This document shows, piece after piece, positions 18,078 to 28,271 of a stretch of 64,000 nucleotides of DNA (the stretch's first letter is position 1; the number at the start of each line of letters is the position of its first letter). Under the pieces are notes generated by a model. That model saw only the letters and a list, made by a program, of their open reading frames with translations, was not told the DNA's origin and did not search any database. The stretch covers positions 896,613 to 960,612 of the forward strand of contig CAWIYR010000002.1 in NCBI GenBank assembly GCA_963840375.1. The letters are read 5' to 3'. A program made the position numbers and the translations under genes. Origin of the DNA: an uncultured Chloroflexia bacterium. Lineage in GTDB: Bacteria; Chloroflexota; Limnocylindria; Limnocylindrales; CSP1-4.

Positions 18078-19658
18078 GTGAGCGAACGTCCCACGACGCG
18101 GCCCTCGGCGTCCTCCGACCGGGTCGATGCGCTCCTGACGGCCCTCGCCGACTGGCAGCGCGACCCAGATCCGACGCACCTCCGGACGCTCCGCGACGTC
18201 ATCGCCGGGGCCCTCGAGCGGGCCGGCCTGGCCGGTGCCTGGATCGACCTCGACGCAGATCCGATCCCGCCCCTCCGGCTCGGGGTCGGCACGCTCCTCG
18301 AGCCGCCGACGGGCGCGCAGCGCGCGACCCTGAGCGAAGTGGACCTTGCCGTCGACCGGGGCCGGCGACTCGCCGGCCGGATCTGGCTCGATGCCGGCGC
18401 CGGTCCCGAGGCGCCCGCCGACCCACTCACCGACGACCGGGTCCGCGAGGCGCTCCGAGCCGTGGAGCTCGGTCTCGACACGGCCTGGTCGAGCGAGACC
18501 GCTCGGAGGAGCGTGGCGCAGCTCGAAGCGCTCGACGCGGCCACCCGCGGGATCGCCGGTGTCCTCTCGGTCGACCGCGTCCTCCAGCTCATCTGCGACC
18601 GGACCCGCGATCTCGTCCGGGCCGAGTACGCCGCCCTCGGGATCGCCGACGCCGACGGCGTCCTCGAGCGGTTCGTGACCAGTGGGATCGGCCGGGCCGA
18701 CCGGGAGCGGATCGGGGCGCTGCCCCAGGGCCACGGGCTCCTGGGCCTCATCATCGGCGGCGGCCGGTCGTTCCGGATCGCCGATATCGGCAGCCATCCC
18801 CGTAGCTATGGGTTCCCGCCGCACCATCCCCAGATGACCTCGTTCCTGGGGGTGCCGATCACCGTGAAGGGCAAGGCCGTCGGCGACCTCTACCTCACGA
18901 ACAAGCGCGGGGCGCGGGAGTTCAGCGAGGCCGACCAGACCCTCGTCGAGATGTTCGCGCTCCACGCCGGGATCGCCATCGAGAACGCCCGGCTCCACGA
19001 GCAGGTCCAGCGGCTGGCGATCGTCGAGGAGCGCGAGCGGATCGGCAAGGACCTCCACGACGGGATCATCCAGGGCATCTACGGGGTGGGCCTCTCGCTG
19101 GAGGACGTCCCGGAGCTCATGGACGACGACCCCGACGAGGCGCGGGCGCGGATCGAGCGGGCGATCGAGCGTCTCAACCTGACCATCCGCGAGATCCGGA
19201 ACCTCATCTTCGGGCTGCGGCCGGAGCTGCTCGACCAGGTCGGCCTGCTCGGCGGCCTGGCCGGCCTGGCCGACGAGTTCCGCCTGAACACGATGGTCGA
19301 CGTCGAGCTGGAGGGCGCGCAGGACGCGATCCCCGAGCTCGGCGACGAGGCGACCGTCCAGCTCCTCCAGATCGCCCGCGAGGCGCTCAGCAACATCGCC
19401 CGACACGCGAACGCGACCCGCGCCCGGATCGTCCTTCGGATCGAGCGCCACGGTCGGCCCGAGGCCGACGAGCTCGTCCTCGAGATCGCCGACAACGGCC
19501 GCGGCTTCGCCCCGATGGCGCCGCGTGGATCGGGCCACCACGGCCTGGCCAACATGCGGGCCCGGGCGACCGCGCTCGACGGATCGTTCGTCGTCGAGAG
19601 CGAACCGACCGGCGGGACGCGTATCATCGTCCGTGTTCCCGGTCGCCGGGACGCCTGA
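18078..19658 (+). CDS. Soluble GAF-domain sensor histidine kinase (HisKA_3 type, DevS/DosT-like architecture)
   Basis: GAF region (...GFPPHHPQMTSFLGVPI...), H-box ERERIGKDLHDGIIQ, and HATPase N/G boxes (EALSNIARHA, DNGRGF, GHHGLANM). No TM segments. Confidence 0.85.
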   Translation: MSERPTTRPSASSDRVDALLTALADWQRDPDPTHLRTLRDVIAGALERAGLAGAWIDLDADPIPPLRLGVGTLLEPPTGAQRATLSEVDLAVDRGRRLAGRIWLDAGAGPEAPADPLTDDRVREALRAVELGLDTAWSSETARRSVAQLEALDAATRGIAGVLSVDRVLQLICDRTRDLVRAEYAALGIADADGVLERFVTSGIGRADRERIGALPQGHGLLGLIIGGGRSFRIADIGSHPRSYGFPPHHPQMTSFLGVPITVKGKAVGDLYLTNKRGAREFSEADQTLVEMFALHAGIAIENARLHEQVQRLAIVEERERIGKDLHDGIIQGIYGVGLSLEDVPELMDDDPDEARARIERAIERLNLTIREIRNLIFGLRPELLDQVGLLGGLAGLADEFRLNTMVDVELEGAQDAIPELGDEATVQLLQIAREALSNIARHANATRARIVLRIERHGRPEADELVLEIADNGRGFAPMAPRGSGHHGLANMRARATALDGSFVVESEPTGGTRIIVRVPGRRDA

Positions 19659-19685
19659 GACGGTCCGAACGGAAGGAACGCCCGC

Positions 19686-20375
19686 GTGCCCGACGCCCCC
19701 ACTCGAGACGGCAGCGCCGTGAACCGCCCCCTTCGCCTGCTCGTGGTCGACGACCACGAGGTGGTCCGCCAGGGCCTCGTCGCCCTGCTCGATCGACGCG
19801 AGGCCTTCCAGGTGGTCGCCGAAGCCGGCACCGTGGCCGAGTCCCTCGAGATGGCGCGCAAGTTCGAGCCGGACATCGTGATCATGGACGTCCGCCTGCC
19901 GGACGGGTCCGGGATCGAGGCCTGCCGCGAGATCCGGGCCGACCTGCCGGTGACCAAGGTGGTCATCCTCACCAGCTACCCGGACGAGGAGGCGGTCCTG
20001 TCCGCGATCATCGCCGGGGCGAGCGGCTACCTCCTCAAGCAGATCCGGGCCCGCGACCTGGTGGCCGCCCTCGAGGCGGTCGGCCGGGGAGAATCGCTCC
20101 TCGACCCGGCGGTCACCGAGAAGGTCCTCGAGCGCGTCCGGCGGATCGCCACGGGGACGTTCACCGACGAGCTCGCCTCGCTCACCCAGCAGGAGCAGAA
20201 GATCCTGCTCCTGGTGGCCGAGGGCAAGACGAACAAGGAGATCGCGGCCGAGGTCTACCTCTCGGACAAGACCGTGAAGAACTACGTGAGCTCGATCCTC
20301 TCGAAGCTCAACCTGGAGCGACGGGCCCAGGCGGCCGCCTTCGTCGCCAAGCACCGGATCTCGCGCGACAGCTGA
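19686..20375 (+). CDS. NarL/LuxR-family response regulator
   Basis: Receiver domain LRLLVVDDHEVVRQG...DIVIMDVRLPDGSG plus a C-terminal LuxR HTH (LTQQEQKILLLVAEGKTNKEIAAEVYLSDKTVKNYVSSIL). Confidence 0.9.
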   Translation: MPDAPTRDGSAVNRPLRLLVVDDHEVVRQGLVALLDRREAFQVVAEAGTVAESLEMARKFEPDIVIMDVRLPDGSGIEACREIRADLPVTKVVILTSYPDEEAVLSAIIAGASGYLLKQIRARDLVAALEAVGRGESLLDPAVTEKVLERVRRIATGTFTDELASLTQQEQKILLLVAEGKTNKEIAAEVYLSDKTVKNYVSSILSKLNLERRAQAAAFVAKHRISRDS

Positions 20376-20514
20376 GACGTCGTCGCGCGCCCCGGGGCGC
20401 GATCGCGCTCGGCGGGCGGAGTCCGGGGTACGGTCCATCGCGGTGCCGGCCGGCCCATTCGAACGGTCCGTCGGGCACCCTGCCGGGCGACGGGGTCCGC
20501 CTACACTCGGGCCG

Positions 20515-21786
20515 ATGCGCATCACCACGCCCGCCGAGGCCGTCGCGGGGATCAAGAGCGGCCAGCAGATCTACGTCCAGTGCGCGGCGGCCACGCCGTC
20601 GTTCCTGCTCGACGCGCTCGTGGAGCGAGCCCCCGAGCTGACCGACGTGAAGGTGGTGCACCTCCACTGCGAGGGGCCCGGACCGCATCTCGCGCCCGAG
20701 ATGGCCGGCCACTTCTTCCATCGGGCCCTGTTCATCGGACCCAACGCACGGGCGGCCATCGCCGACGGTCGGGCGGAGTACATCCCGGTCTTCCTGTCCG
20801 ACGTCCCCAGCCTCTTCTCGAGTGGGATCCTGCCGCTCGACGCGGTGTTCATCAACGTGTCGCCGCCGGACGAGCACGGCTACTGCTCCCTCGGCACCTC
20901 CGTCGTGGCGATGCACACGGCGATCCCGGCGGCGAAGACGGTCATCGCCCAGCTCAACCGGTCGATGCCCCGGACGCTCGGCGAGTCGTTCATCCACGTC
21001 GACGAGATCGACCTCGCGATCGAGGTCGATCAGCCGCCCTACATCCATCGCCCGCCGGAGATCGGCGACACCGAGCGGCGGATCGGCGAGTACGTCGCCG
21101 AGCTGATCCCGGACCGGGCCACCATCCAGATGGGGATCGGGGCCATCCCGACGGCCGTCGGTCTCGCCCTTCATCAGAAGAAGGACCTCGGCGTCCACAC
21201 CGAGATGATGACCGACGTGGTCGTCGACCTCGTCGAGGCCGGGGTCGTCACCGGCCGGGCGAAGGAGCGCAACCGGGGCAAGATCGTGGCCACGTTCATG
21301 ATGGGGACGCAGCGCCTCTACGACTTCGTGGACGACAACCCGATGGTCGAGATGCGCCCGACCGACTTCACCAACGACACCCACGTGATCCGCAGCTTCA
21401 GCCGGATGGTCGCGATCAACTCGGCGATCGAGGTCGACCTGACCGGCCAGGTCTGCGCCGACTCGATCGGGCACCGGATGTACAGCGGGGTCGGCGGCCA
21501 GATGGACTTCATGCGGGGCGCGGCCCTGGCGAGCGAGGGCCGGCCGATCATCGCCCTCCCGTCGACCGCCGGGGCCGCCCGGGCCACCCGGATCGTGTCC
21601 TCGCTCCACGAGGGTGCGGGTGTGGTCACCACCCGGGCTCACGTCCAGACCGTCGTCACCGAATGGGGTGTCGCGGAGCTGTTCGGCCAGAGCCTCCGCG
21701 AACGGGCGAAGCGGCTCATCGCGATCGCCGACCCGTCGGCCCGCGACGAGCTCACGGCCGCCGCCCGCCGGCTCCACGAGCTCTAG
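20515..21786 (+). CDS. Acetyl-CoA hydrolase/transferase family protein (4-hydroxybutyrate/succinyl-CoA:acetate CoA-transferase-like)
   Basis: MRITTPAEAVAGIKSGQQIYV..., ...IQMGIGAIP..., ...SGVGGQMDF..., TTRAHVQTVVTEWG. Confidence 0.85.
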   Translation: MRITTPAEAVAGIKSGQQIYVQCAAATPSFLLDALVERAPELTDVKVVHLHCEGPGPHLAPEMAGHFFHRALFIGPNARAAIADGRAEYIPVFLSDVPSLFSSGILPLDAVFINVSPPDEHGYCSLGTSVVAMHTAIPAAKTVIAQLNRSMPRTLGESFIHVDEIDLAIEVDQPPYIHRPPEIGDTERRIGEYVAELIPDRATIQMGIGAIPTAVGLALHQKKDLGVHTEMMTDVVVDLVEAGVVTGRAKERNRGKIVATFMMGTQRLYDFVDDNPMVEMRPTDFTNDTHVIRSFSRMVAINSAIEVDLTGQVCADSIGHRMYSGVGGQMDFMRGAALASEGRPIIALPSTAGAARATRIVSSLHEGAGVVTTRAHVQTVVTEWGVAELFGQSLRERAKRLIAIADPSARDELTAAARRLHEL

Positions 21787-21993
21787 GCCCCTCGCCGCCG
21801 AGCGATCGGCCGGGGCGCTTCGATGGCCGCCGCCCTCGTCAAACCTCCCAACCACGGGAGGATCGGGACGATGGGCCCGCAACGATGGGCCGTTGGGCTC
21901 TCCGCGGCATCCCGGTCCGCGCCGATGATGCTCGCGAGGTGGGCGCCGGAGGGGACGCCCGGCGTCCACCCCGAATCCCCGCGAGCAACAGGA

Positions 21994-22022
21994 CCGCACC
22001 GGCTCCGGTGCGGTTTCGTCGT
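21994..22022 (+). terminator. Terminator-like hairpin plus T-rich tail in a 418-bp untranslated gap
   Basis: CCGCACCGG-ct-CCGGTGCGG (perfect 9-bp arms) followed by TTTCGTCGTT. It lies 208 nt downstream of the preceding stop codon. Confidence 0.35.
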
Positions 22023-22216
22023 TCCAGGGGTCATCGGCGGCCACCACCGCTCCCGTCGCGTCTCCGTCCCGCCGGTCGCAGGCCGAGCGGCCCGCCCCAT
22101 CCGGGGCCCGGATCCAAGCGAACATCGACGGTGAGGTTGCCTGACCTGCCGGGCACTCTCCTCGAGGCGCGTCACCAGGACACCTTCATCGAGCATCGCG
22201 GCGGGTGAGGACGAAC

Positions 22217-24019
22217 ATGACGGCCACGACCCTCGAAGATCCCAGCCTGGCGACCGAGCACCCGGGCGACGCGGGCCGCGGACGCTGGTTCGGGCTGGCG
22301 ATGCTCAGCCTGGGTGTCGCGATGATCATCGTCGACGCCACGATCGTGAACGTCAGCGTCCCCTCGATCATCCGCGAACTGGGCCTGGACGGGACCGCCG
22401 CCGAGTGGGTCAACTCGATCTACGCGCTCGTCTTCGCGGCCCTCCTCATCACCCTGGGACGGTTCGGCGACATCCTCGGCCGCCGCGCGATGTACCTCGG
22501 TGGGCTCGTCGTGTTCATGCTCGCATCGCTCGTCGCCGGCCTCGCCCCGACCGGCGAGATCCTCATCCTCGCCCGCCTCTTCCAGGGCGTCGGGGGGGCG
22601 ATGATCCTGCCCTCCACCCAGTCGATCCTCAACACGAACTTCCGGGGCCGGGAGCGGGCGATCGCCTTCGGCATCTGGGGTGGCGTCATCGGCGGGGTCG
22701 CCGCGGTCGGGCCGCTCCTCGGCGGCTGGCTGACCACCTACCTGTCGTGGCGCTGGGCGTTCTACATCAACATCCCGATCGGCATCCTGGCCGTCCTCGG
22801 CACGATGCGTTACATCCGTGAGTCGAGGGATCCCCACGCGCGCCGTGGCTTCGACCCGCTCGGCTTCGTCCTCATCACCTTCGGCCTGATCGCCGTCGTC
22901 TTCGGCCTCATCGAGGGGTACACCTACGGCTGGTGGACGCCGAAGAAGCCGTTCACCGTGATGGGCTGGACGTGGCCCCTCGACTCGATCTCGATCATCC
23001 CGTTCATGATCGCCGGCGGGGTCGTCGCCCTCGTCGTCTTCGGCGTCGTGGAGATCCGCCGCAAGCAAGCGGGCAAGTGGTTCCTGTTCGACTTCGACCT
23101 GTGGCGCTATCGCGCCTTCCGGTTCGGCAACCTGGCCGGGACCACCGTGTCGCTCGGCGAGTTCGGGCTCCTGTTCGTGCTGCCGCTCTTCCTCCAGGCG
23201 GTCATCGGCTACGACGCGTTCCAGACTGGAGCCGTCTTCCTGGCCCTCGCGGTCGGCTCGTTCTTCGCGGCTCCGCTCGCGGCGTCGCTGACCCGGCGCT
23301 TCGGCGGACGACGGGTGGTCACCACCGGGATGGCGCTCGAGGCGGTCGGCATCCTGGCCACGACCCTGCTCATCTCGACGAGCGTCACCGGACTCCAGCT
23401 CGCGATCCCGCTGTTCGTCTACGGCCTCGGCGTCGGGTTCGCCACGGCCCAGCTGACCTCGATCGTCCTGTCGGACGTGCCCGTCCGCGAGTCGGGCCTC
23501 GCCTCGGGGACGAACTCGACCGTCCGCCAGGTCGGGTCGGCCCTCGGGATCGCGATCCTCGGGACGGTCCTGTTCACGAGCCTGGGCAACGGTGTGCGGG
23601 ACGGGTTCGCGGCGATCCCACCCCCGCCGGGGATGCCGGCGGCCGTCTCGGAGACCCTCCGCGAGGGGATCGCCTCGGCGATCGACGGCTCGGCCGGTCA
23701 GGCCCTCACGGCCCTGCGCAACCATCCGGCCTCGCTCGCCTCCGACGGTCGCCTGCCGCCCGAGGCGGCCCAGCTCCTGGGCAGCCCGGCGGCGCAGGCG
23801 GCCCTGGAGCCGTACGTGAGCGCCGCGGACGAGGCGTTCGTCAGCGCCGCCCGGGCGGCCGGCTTCGTGGCCGAGGGCTTCGTCCTGCTCGGCCTCCTGT
23901 TCAGCCTGCTTATCCCGAAGACGATCGGGGCGCCGGGCGAGGCCGGGTTCGCCCCGGGCGACCCCGTCGACGAGCCGCTCGACGACCCACTCGAGGAACC
24001 GCCGGGTGCGTTCGCCTGA
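22217..24019 (+). CDS. MFS transporter, DHA2 (EmrB/QacA, 14-TMS) family
   Basis: WFGLAMLSLGVAMIIVDATIVNVSVPSI..., LGRFGDILGRR, 14 predicted helices. GGTGAGGA RBS before the ATG at 22217; an alternative GTG lies at 22205. Confidence 0.85.
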   Translation: MTATTLEDPSLATEHPGDAGRGRWFGLAMLSLGVAMIIVDATIVNVSVPSIIRELGLDGTAAEWVNSIYALVFAALLITLGRFGDILGRRAMYLGGLVVFMLASLVAGLAPTGEILILARLFQGVGGAMILPSTQSILNTNFRGRERAIAFGIWGGVIGGVAAVGPLLGGWLTTYLSWRWAFYINIPIGILAVLGTMRYIRESRDPHARRGFDPLGFVLITFGLIAVVFGLIEGYTYGWWTPKKPFTVMGWTWPLDSISIIPFMIAGGVVALVVFGVVEIRRKQAGKWFLFDFDLWRYRAFRFGNLAGTTVSLGEFGLLFVLPLFLQAVIGYDAFQTGAVFLALAVGSFFAAPLAASLTRRFGGRRVVTTGMALEAVGILATTLLISTSVTGLQLAIPLFVYGLGVGFATAQLTSIVLSDVPVRESGLASGTNSTVRQVGSALGIAILGTVLFTSLGNGVRDGFAAIPPPPGMPAAVSETLREGIASAIDGSAGQALTALRNHPASLASDGRLPPEAAQLLGSPAAQAALEPYVSAADEAFVSAARAAGFVAEGFVLLGLLFSLLIPKTIGAPGEAGFAPGDPVDEPLDDPLEEPPGAFA

Positions 24020-24039
24020 CCGCCCGCGGGCGCATCGGC

Positions 24040-24130
24040 TCGATCCGGGGTATCCTGCGGGCCGACCGGGGATCCACGCAGGGACACGACAACCGAAGAT
24101 CGCCGCCGAACGGCTGACCTCGTGTCGTCG
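24040..24130 (+). promoter_or_regulatory. Structured 5' leader, candidate ydaO-type (c-di-AMP) riboswitch-like element
   Basis: Two adjacent hairpins: CCTGCG(24054-59)/CGCAGG(24077-82) and GACACGA(24083-89)/TCGTGTC(24120-26). They enclose CCGGGGAUCCA and CCGAACGGCUGACCUCGUG, which resemble the conserved GGGGAnCCA and CCGAA...GCUAACCUCGUA blocks. The element is upstream of an NlpC/P60 gene. Confidence 0.35.
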
Positions 24131-24267
24131 TCCCGTGCCAGCCCGCCCTGCTGGCCCGTCCCCTCTGCTGCGCCTTGCGCGGCCCTCTTGAGCGGGTCTC
24201 CTATCGCCGTCGTGCGGCTCACCCCATCGCCACCGCTCGGTGCGGTGTCCTGGTAGAGAGGAGCACA

Positions 24268-25188
24268 TTGAGCCGGATCCGAACGCGCTTCCGGGCGCTG
24301 GCCATCACGAGCCTCGCCGCCGTCGTCATCCTGACGGCACTGTCCGCCGAGGCCACGCTCGCGACCGACCCGGTCTCGAGTCCCGTTCCGTCCGCCGACC
24401 CCTCCGTCGCCGCGACCCCGGCGCCGAGCGTCGATCCCTCCGTCGCGCCGACTCCGGCTCCGAGCGTCGACCCGTCCGTCGCCGCGAGCCCCGACCCGAG
24501 CGTGGCGCCCACCGCCGACCCGTCGACCCCGCCGGTCGTCGCGGACGTCGCCAGCACCGCCGCCGTCCAGCCCGAGGTCCCCGTTTCGGCCATCGTGACC
24601 GCCTATGCCCGCACGCATCTGCGCGCTCGCTACCGGCACGGATCCACCGGGCCCCGGGCGTTCGACTGCAGCGGCCTGATGTGGCGCGTCTTCCACGAGG
24701 CCGGCCTCGGTCGGAAGGTGACCAGCACGAGCGCCAGGTCGATCTACGTCAGCTACCTCCGACGCGGCCTCGCCTCGCGCCACGACCCCCAGGTCGGTGA
24801 CCTCGTCGTCTGGGGCCGGGGCAGCCACATCGGCCTGTACGTCGGCCGCGGCTTCGCGATCAGCGCCCTGACCCAGGGGGTCCGGGTCCATCGGGTCCAC
24901 GCCGTCCGCACCCCGTTCACCGCGTACCTCCACACGGGTCTCGGCCGGGTCGAGGCACCGGTCTGGCGGCTGCTCGTGGCGACCCACATCCGGTCGCTTC
25001 GGCACACCGTCCGTCCGGTGACCCTGCACACGGCCGCCGGCTCCGGTTCGCCCCTCGGCAGCACGCTCCGGGCCAGGACGCGTCTCGTCATCCTGTCCAG
25101 CGCCCGCGACGGAGGCAGGGTCTGGCTGCGGATCCTCACCCTCCACGGCGTGACGGGTTGGCTGCCGGCGAGCGTCGTCCGGCGCTGA
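24268..25188 (+). CDS. Secreted NlpC/P60 family peptidoglycan hydrolase with Pro-rich repeats and an SH3-like C-terminus
   Basis: TTG start after AGAGAGGAG. Signal peptide LSRIRTRFRALAITSLAAVVILTALSAEA. Repeats (PAPSVDPSVA)n. Catalytic core FDCSGLMWRVF...GDLVVWG.GSHIGLYVG. Confidence 0.8.
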   Translation: MSRIRTRFRALAITSLAAVVILTALSAEATLATDPVSSPVPSADPSVAATPAPSVDPSVAPTPAPSVDPSVAASPDPSVAPTADPSTPPVVADVASTAAVQPEVPVSAIVTAYARTHLRARYRHGSTGPRAFDCSGLMWRVFHEAGLGRKVTSTSARSIYVSYLRRGLASRHDPQVGDLVVWGRGSHIGLYVGRGFAISALTQGVRVHRVHAVRTPFTAYLHTGLGRVEAPVWRLLVATHIRSLRHTVRPVTLHTAAGSGSPLGSTLRARTRLVILSSARDGGRVWLRILTLHGVTGWLPASVVRR

Positions 25189-25243
25189 CCCTCGGGGGGC
25201 TCGCTGACCCGCCGGGCCGTCGTCGGACGGGCCGGACGCGACC

Positions 25244-27664
25244 TCAGCGTCGGGTCCTGCGGCGTCCCTTCCCGCGGCGAGGCGCCGCAAGGTCGCGGGC
25301 CGCTGCGGCGAGCGCCCGGAGACTGGCCTCGGCTCGACCGTTGACGGACCTGGCCGGGTAGGCTCCGTGCTCGTCGCGCTCGCCTGCCGGGACGCCGGTC
25401 AGGAGCTCGATCGCGGCGTCCACGGTGTCCACCGCCCAGACGCTGAACCGACCCGCGGCGACGGCCCCGACCACGTCCGGCCGGAGCATGAGCCGGTCGG
25501 CGTCGGCGGTCGGGATCACCACGCCTTCCGCACCGCTCAGGCCGCGGGCCAGGCAGACGTCGTAGAACCCCTCGATCTTCTCGTCGACCGCACCGACGGC
25601 CTGGGTGCGCCCGTACTGGTCGATCGACCCGGTGACGGCCACGGCCTGGTGCACCGGCACGTTCGACAGGGCGGAGAGCAGGGCGCATGTCTCGGCCAGC
25701 GAGGCGCTGTCGCCCTCGACCGGTCCGTACGACTGCTCGAACACGAGGCTCGCCCGCAGGGTCAGCGGTCGGTCGCGACCGAACCGCCCGCTGATGAAGC
25801 CGCGCAGGATGAGCACGCCCTTGGAGTGGATCGGTCCGCCGAGATCGATCTCGCGCTCGACGTCGACGACCTCGCCGCCGCCCGGGCCGACCCGGGCCGT
25901 GATCCGCACGGGCCAGCCGAACGCCACGCCGCCGATCCCGGCGACGACCAGCCCGTTCACCTGGCCGACCTGCGAGCCGGTCGTCTCGACTCGAAGCGTC
26001 CCCCGGCGGATCTCGTCGTGGACCCGGTCGCGGATGCGGCCGGCCCGTCGGATCCGGGCGTCGACGGCCGCCTCGATGTCCCCGGCCGCGATCGCGATGC
26101 GCTCGTCGTCGCCGGCCAGCTGGTCGGCCTCTCGGAGCAGGTCGGTGAGGTTGCCCATGTGGGTCGACAGGTGATCGGCATCGCCGACCGTCCGGGCCGC
26201 CTCGTCGATGATCCGGGCGACGGCGCCCCGATCGAGCGGCCGCACCCCCGCCCGACGGGCGAGCGATCCGAGCAGGTGCGCGTAGACGAGCTCGTTCTCG
26301 GGCGTCCGCTCGAGGCGGTCCTCGAAGTCCGCCGGGATCTTGAACAGCTCCTGGAACTCAGGATCCAGCTCAGACAGCAGGTAGTAGATCCGGGCGTCGC
26401 CGACCAGGGCGACCCGGACATCGAGGGGGATCGGCTCCGGCTCCAGGGAGACGGACCCGACGAGGCCGAGCGCCTGGGCGAGCGACTCGATCCGGATCTG
26501 CTCGGACCGCATGGCGCGCTTGAGCGCCTCCCAGGCGTACGGCTGGCTGAGGACCTGCCGGGCCTCGAGCACGAGGTATCCGCCGTTCGCCCGGTGGAGG
26601 GCGCCCGCCCGGATGAGCCCGAAATCCGTCTCGAGGGCGCCCATGTGGGCGAGGTACTCGACCCGGCCGACGAGATTCGGATAGGTCGGGTTGAGCTCGG
26701 CGACGACCGGGGCTCCGGTGACGCCGCCGTTGTCGACGAAGAGGTTGACCTGATAGCGGCGGAACGGTCCGGGCTCGCCGCCGACGAGTCGACCCGTCGT
26801 GAGGCCCTGGGCGGCCTGCTCCCCGGCGATCGCCTCGACGGCGTGCTCGACGAGATCCGCCTCGACCGCGGCGAGGTGGGCCAGGACCTCGGGCAGGTCG
26901 GCGTAGGTCGCGCGGAGCTCCTCGAGGAGATGGCTGATCGCGAGACCGGTCACCTCGCGGTCGAGTTCGCGGACCCGTTCGCGGTGCTCACGCTCCCAGC
27001 GGGGGATCGTCCGGATCATCTCCTGGAGCGCGGTCTCGAGGGTCTCCATCCCGTGCTTCAGGCGCTCCTGCTCGGCGGCCGGCAGGCCCTTGAACCCCTC
27101 GGCGTCGAGGACCTCGCCGTCGCGGATGGCGGCGATGGCCGTTCCGACCGGCGTCCGGATGACCGCCACGTCGAGCCCCGCCGCTCGCCGGTCGAGGTCC
27201 TCCATCGCGGCGTCCCGGCGGCCCTTCAGCTCGGTCTCGAGGGCCTCCTTGCGCCCCCGGTAGGCCTCGCTCTCGAAGGCCGCCGGGATCGCGCTCCGAA
27301 GCTCGCGGACGAGGCGATCCATGTCGTCGCGCAGGCGAGCGCCCATCCCGGCCGGGAGCCGGAGAGCGCGCGGGCGCTGCGGGGCGCCGAAGTCGTTGAC
27401 GTAGCACCAGTCGGGCGGGGTCGGCTCGGCCGCGGCCCGCTCGGCGAACTGCTGGCTGATGACCGTCTGCTTGCCGATCCCCTCCGGCCCCAGGGCGTAG
27501 ATGTTGTAGCCCGGTCGTCGCGTCCCGATCGCGAACGCGACCGCCTCGAGCGCCCGGTCCTGGCCCACGATCCGGCCGTCGTCGGGCAGCTCGGCGGTCG
27601 TCTCGAACGGCAGGCCGTCGGGGTCGCAGCTGCGCCTGAGGCGCGTCGCGGCGAGCGGTTCCAC
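25244..27664 (-). CDS. Lon-like ATP-dependent protease (AAA+ domain plus Lon S16 proteolytic domain; LonB/COG1067-like)
   Basis: Walker [11 protein letters not shown]-terminal S16 domain ...[12 protein letters not shown]...[25 protein letters not shown] start with a GAGGAGG RBS, 26 nt downstream of the OFOR gamma gene. Confidence 0.8.
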   Translation of the reverse strand: MEPLAATRLRRSCDPDGLPFETTAELPDDGRIVGQDRALEAVAFAIGTRRPGYNIYALGPEGIGKQTVISQQFAERAAAEPTPPDWCYVNDFGAPQRPRALRLPAGMGARLRDDMDRLVRELRSAIPAAFESEAYRGRKEALETELKGRRDAAMEDLDRRAAGLDVAVIRTPVGTAIAAIRDGEVLDAEGFKGLPAAEQERLKHGMETLETALQEMIRTIPRWEREHRERVRELDREVTGLAISHLLEELRATYADLPEVLAHLAAVEADLVEHAVEAIAGEQAAQGLTTGRLVGGEPGPFRRYQVNLFVDNGGVTGAPVVAELNPTYPNLVGRVEYLAHMGALETDFGLIRAGALHRANGGYLVLEARQVLSQPYAWEALKRAMRSEQIRIESLAQALGLVGSVSLEPEPIPLDVRVALVGDARIYYLLSELDPEFQELFKIPADFEDRLERTPENELVYAHLLGSLARRAGVRPLDRGAVARIIDEAARTVGDADHLSTHMGNLTDLLREADQLAGDDERIAIAAGDIEAAVDARIRRAGRIRDRVHDEIRRGTLRVETTGSQVGQVNGLVVAGIGGVAFGWPVRITARVGPGGGEVVDVEREIDLGGPIHSKGVLILRGFISGRFGRDRPLTLRASLVFEQSYGPVEGDSASLAETCALLSALSNVPVHQAVAVTGSIDQYGRTQAVGAVDEKIEGFYDVCLARGLSGAEGVVIPTADADRLMLRPDVVGAVAAGRFSVWAVDTVDAAIELLTGVPAGERDEHGAYPARSVNGRAEASLRALAAAARDLAAPRRGKGRRRTRR

Positions 27665-27690
27665 GCTGCGCCTCCTCTCGGCGCGGCCGA

Positions 27691-28269
27691 TCAGCCGGCT
27701 CCGGCGACCACGGTCGCGGGTGGCGCGGCCAGCGGGCGGGCGGCCGCCCGCCCCGCGTCGAAGGCCTGGAGGTCGGCATCGATCACCGCGGACCGCTTCT
27801 CGCCCACGATCGACCGGATGGCCGCCCGGATCGAGGTCACGGTCACGAGGTCGAGGCGCTCGACCAGGGCGCCGAGGGCGACGACGCTGGCCAGGCGCTC
27901 GTCGGCGACGGGACCGGCCAGCTCGGCGCAGGGCAGTCGGAGCTCCTCGAGGTCGTACCGCTCCGAGCTCGCGTCGATGAGCGTGGCGTTGACGATCAGG
28001 AGACCGCCCGGCGCGACGATCGGACCGAACCGCTCCAGCGAGGGTGGGTTCATGACGATCACCGCGTCGGCGAGGTCCACGACCGGTGAGCCGATCGGAC
28101 CGTCTCCGACGATCACGGTGCAGGACGCCGTCCCGCCCCGCATCTCGGGCCCGTACGAGGGGATCCAGAGGGTCTCGAGGCCGTCGACCATGGCGGCCTC
28201 GGCCAGGACGTGACCGGTGAACAGGATCCCCTGTCCGCCGAACCCGGCGATGACGACCGAGCGTTCCAC
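27691..28269 (-). CDS. 2-oxoacid:ferredoxin oxidoreductase, gamma subunit
   Basis: [27 protein letters not shown]...[17 protein letters not shown] start with a GGAGGG RBS inside the end of the beta gene. Confidence 0.85.
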   Translation of the reverse strand: MERSVVIAGFGGQGILFTGHVLAEAAMVDGLETLWIPSYGPEMRGGTASCTVIVGDGPIGSPVVDLADAVIVMNPPSLERFGPIVAPGGLLIVNATLIDASSERYDLEELRLPCAELAGPVADERLASVVALGALVERLDLVTVTSIRAAIRSIVGEKRSAVIDADLQAFDAGRAAARPLAAPPATVVAGAG

Positions 28270-28271
28270 GG

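Noticed and set aside
16953-20555. 1200-aa ORF on the minus strand
   Set aside because: It is antisense to the sensor kinase and response regulator and out of frame with the multicopper oxidase. The composition is nonsense-like (R/G/P/D) and there are no conserved motifs.
21823-22134. 103-aa plus-strand ORF, and the 137-aa minus-strand ORF 21783-22196, in the gap before the DHA2 pump
   Set aside because: Neither has a recognisable family or an HTH expected of a divergent pump regulator. Both are Arg/Pro/Gly-rich with only moderate GC3. I left them uncalled and treated the region as untranslated.
25367-28213. 948-aa ORF on the plus strand
   Set aside because: It is antisense to the Lon-like protease and OFOR gamma genes and has an Arg/Asp/Gly-rich shadow-ORF composition.
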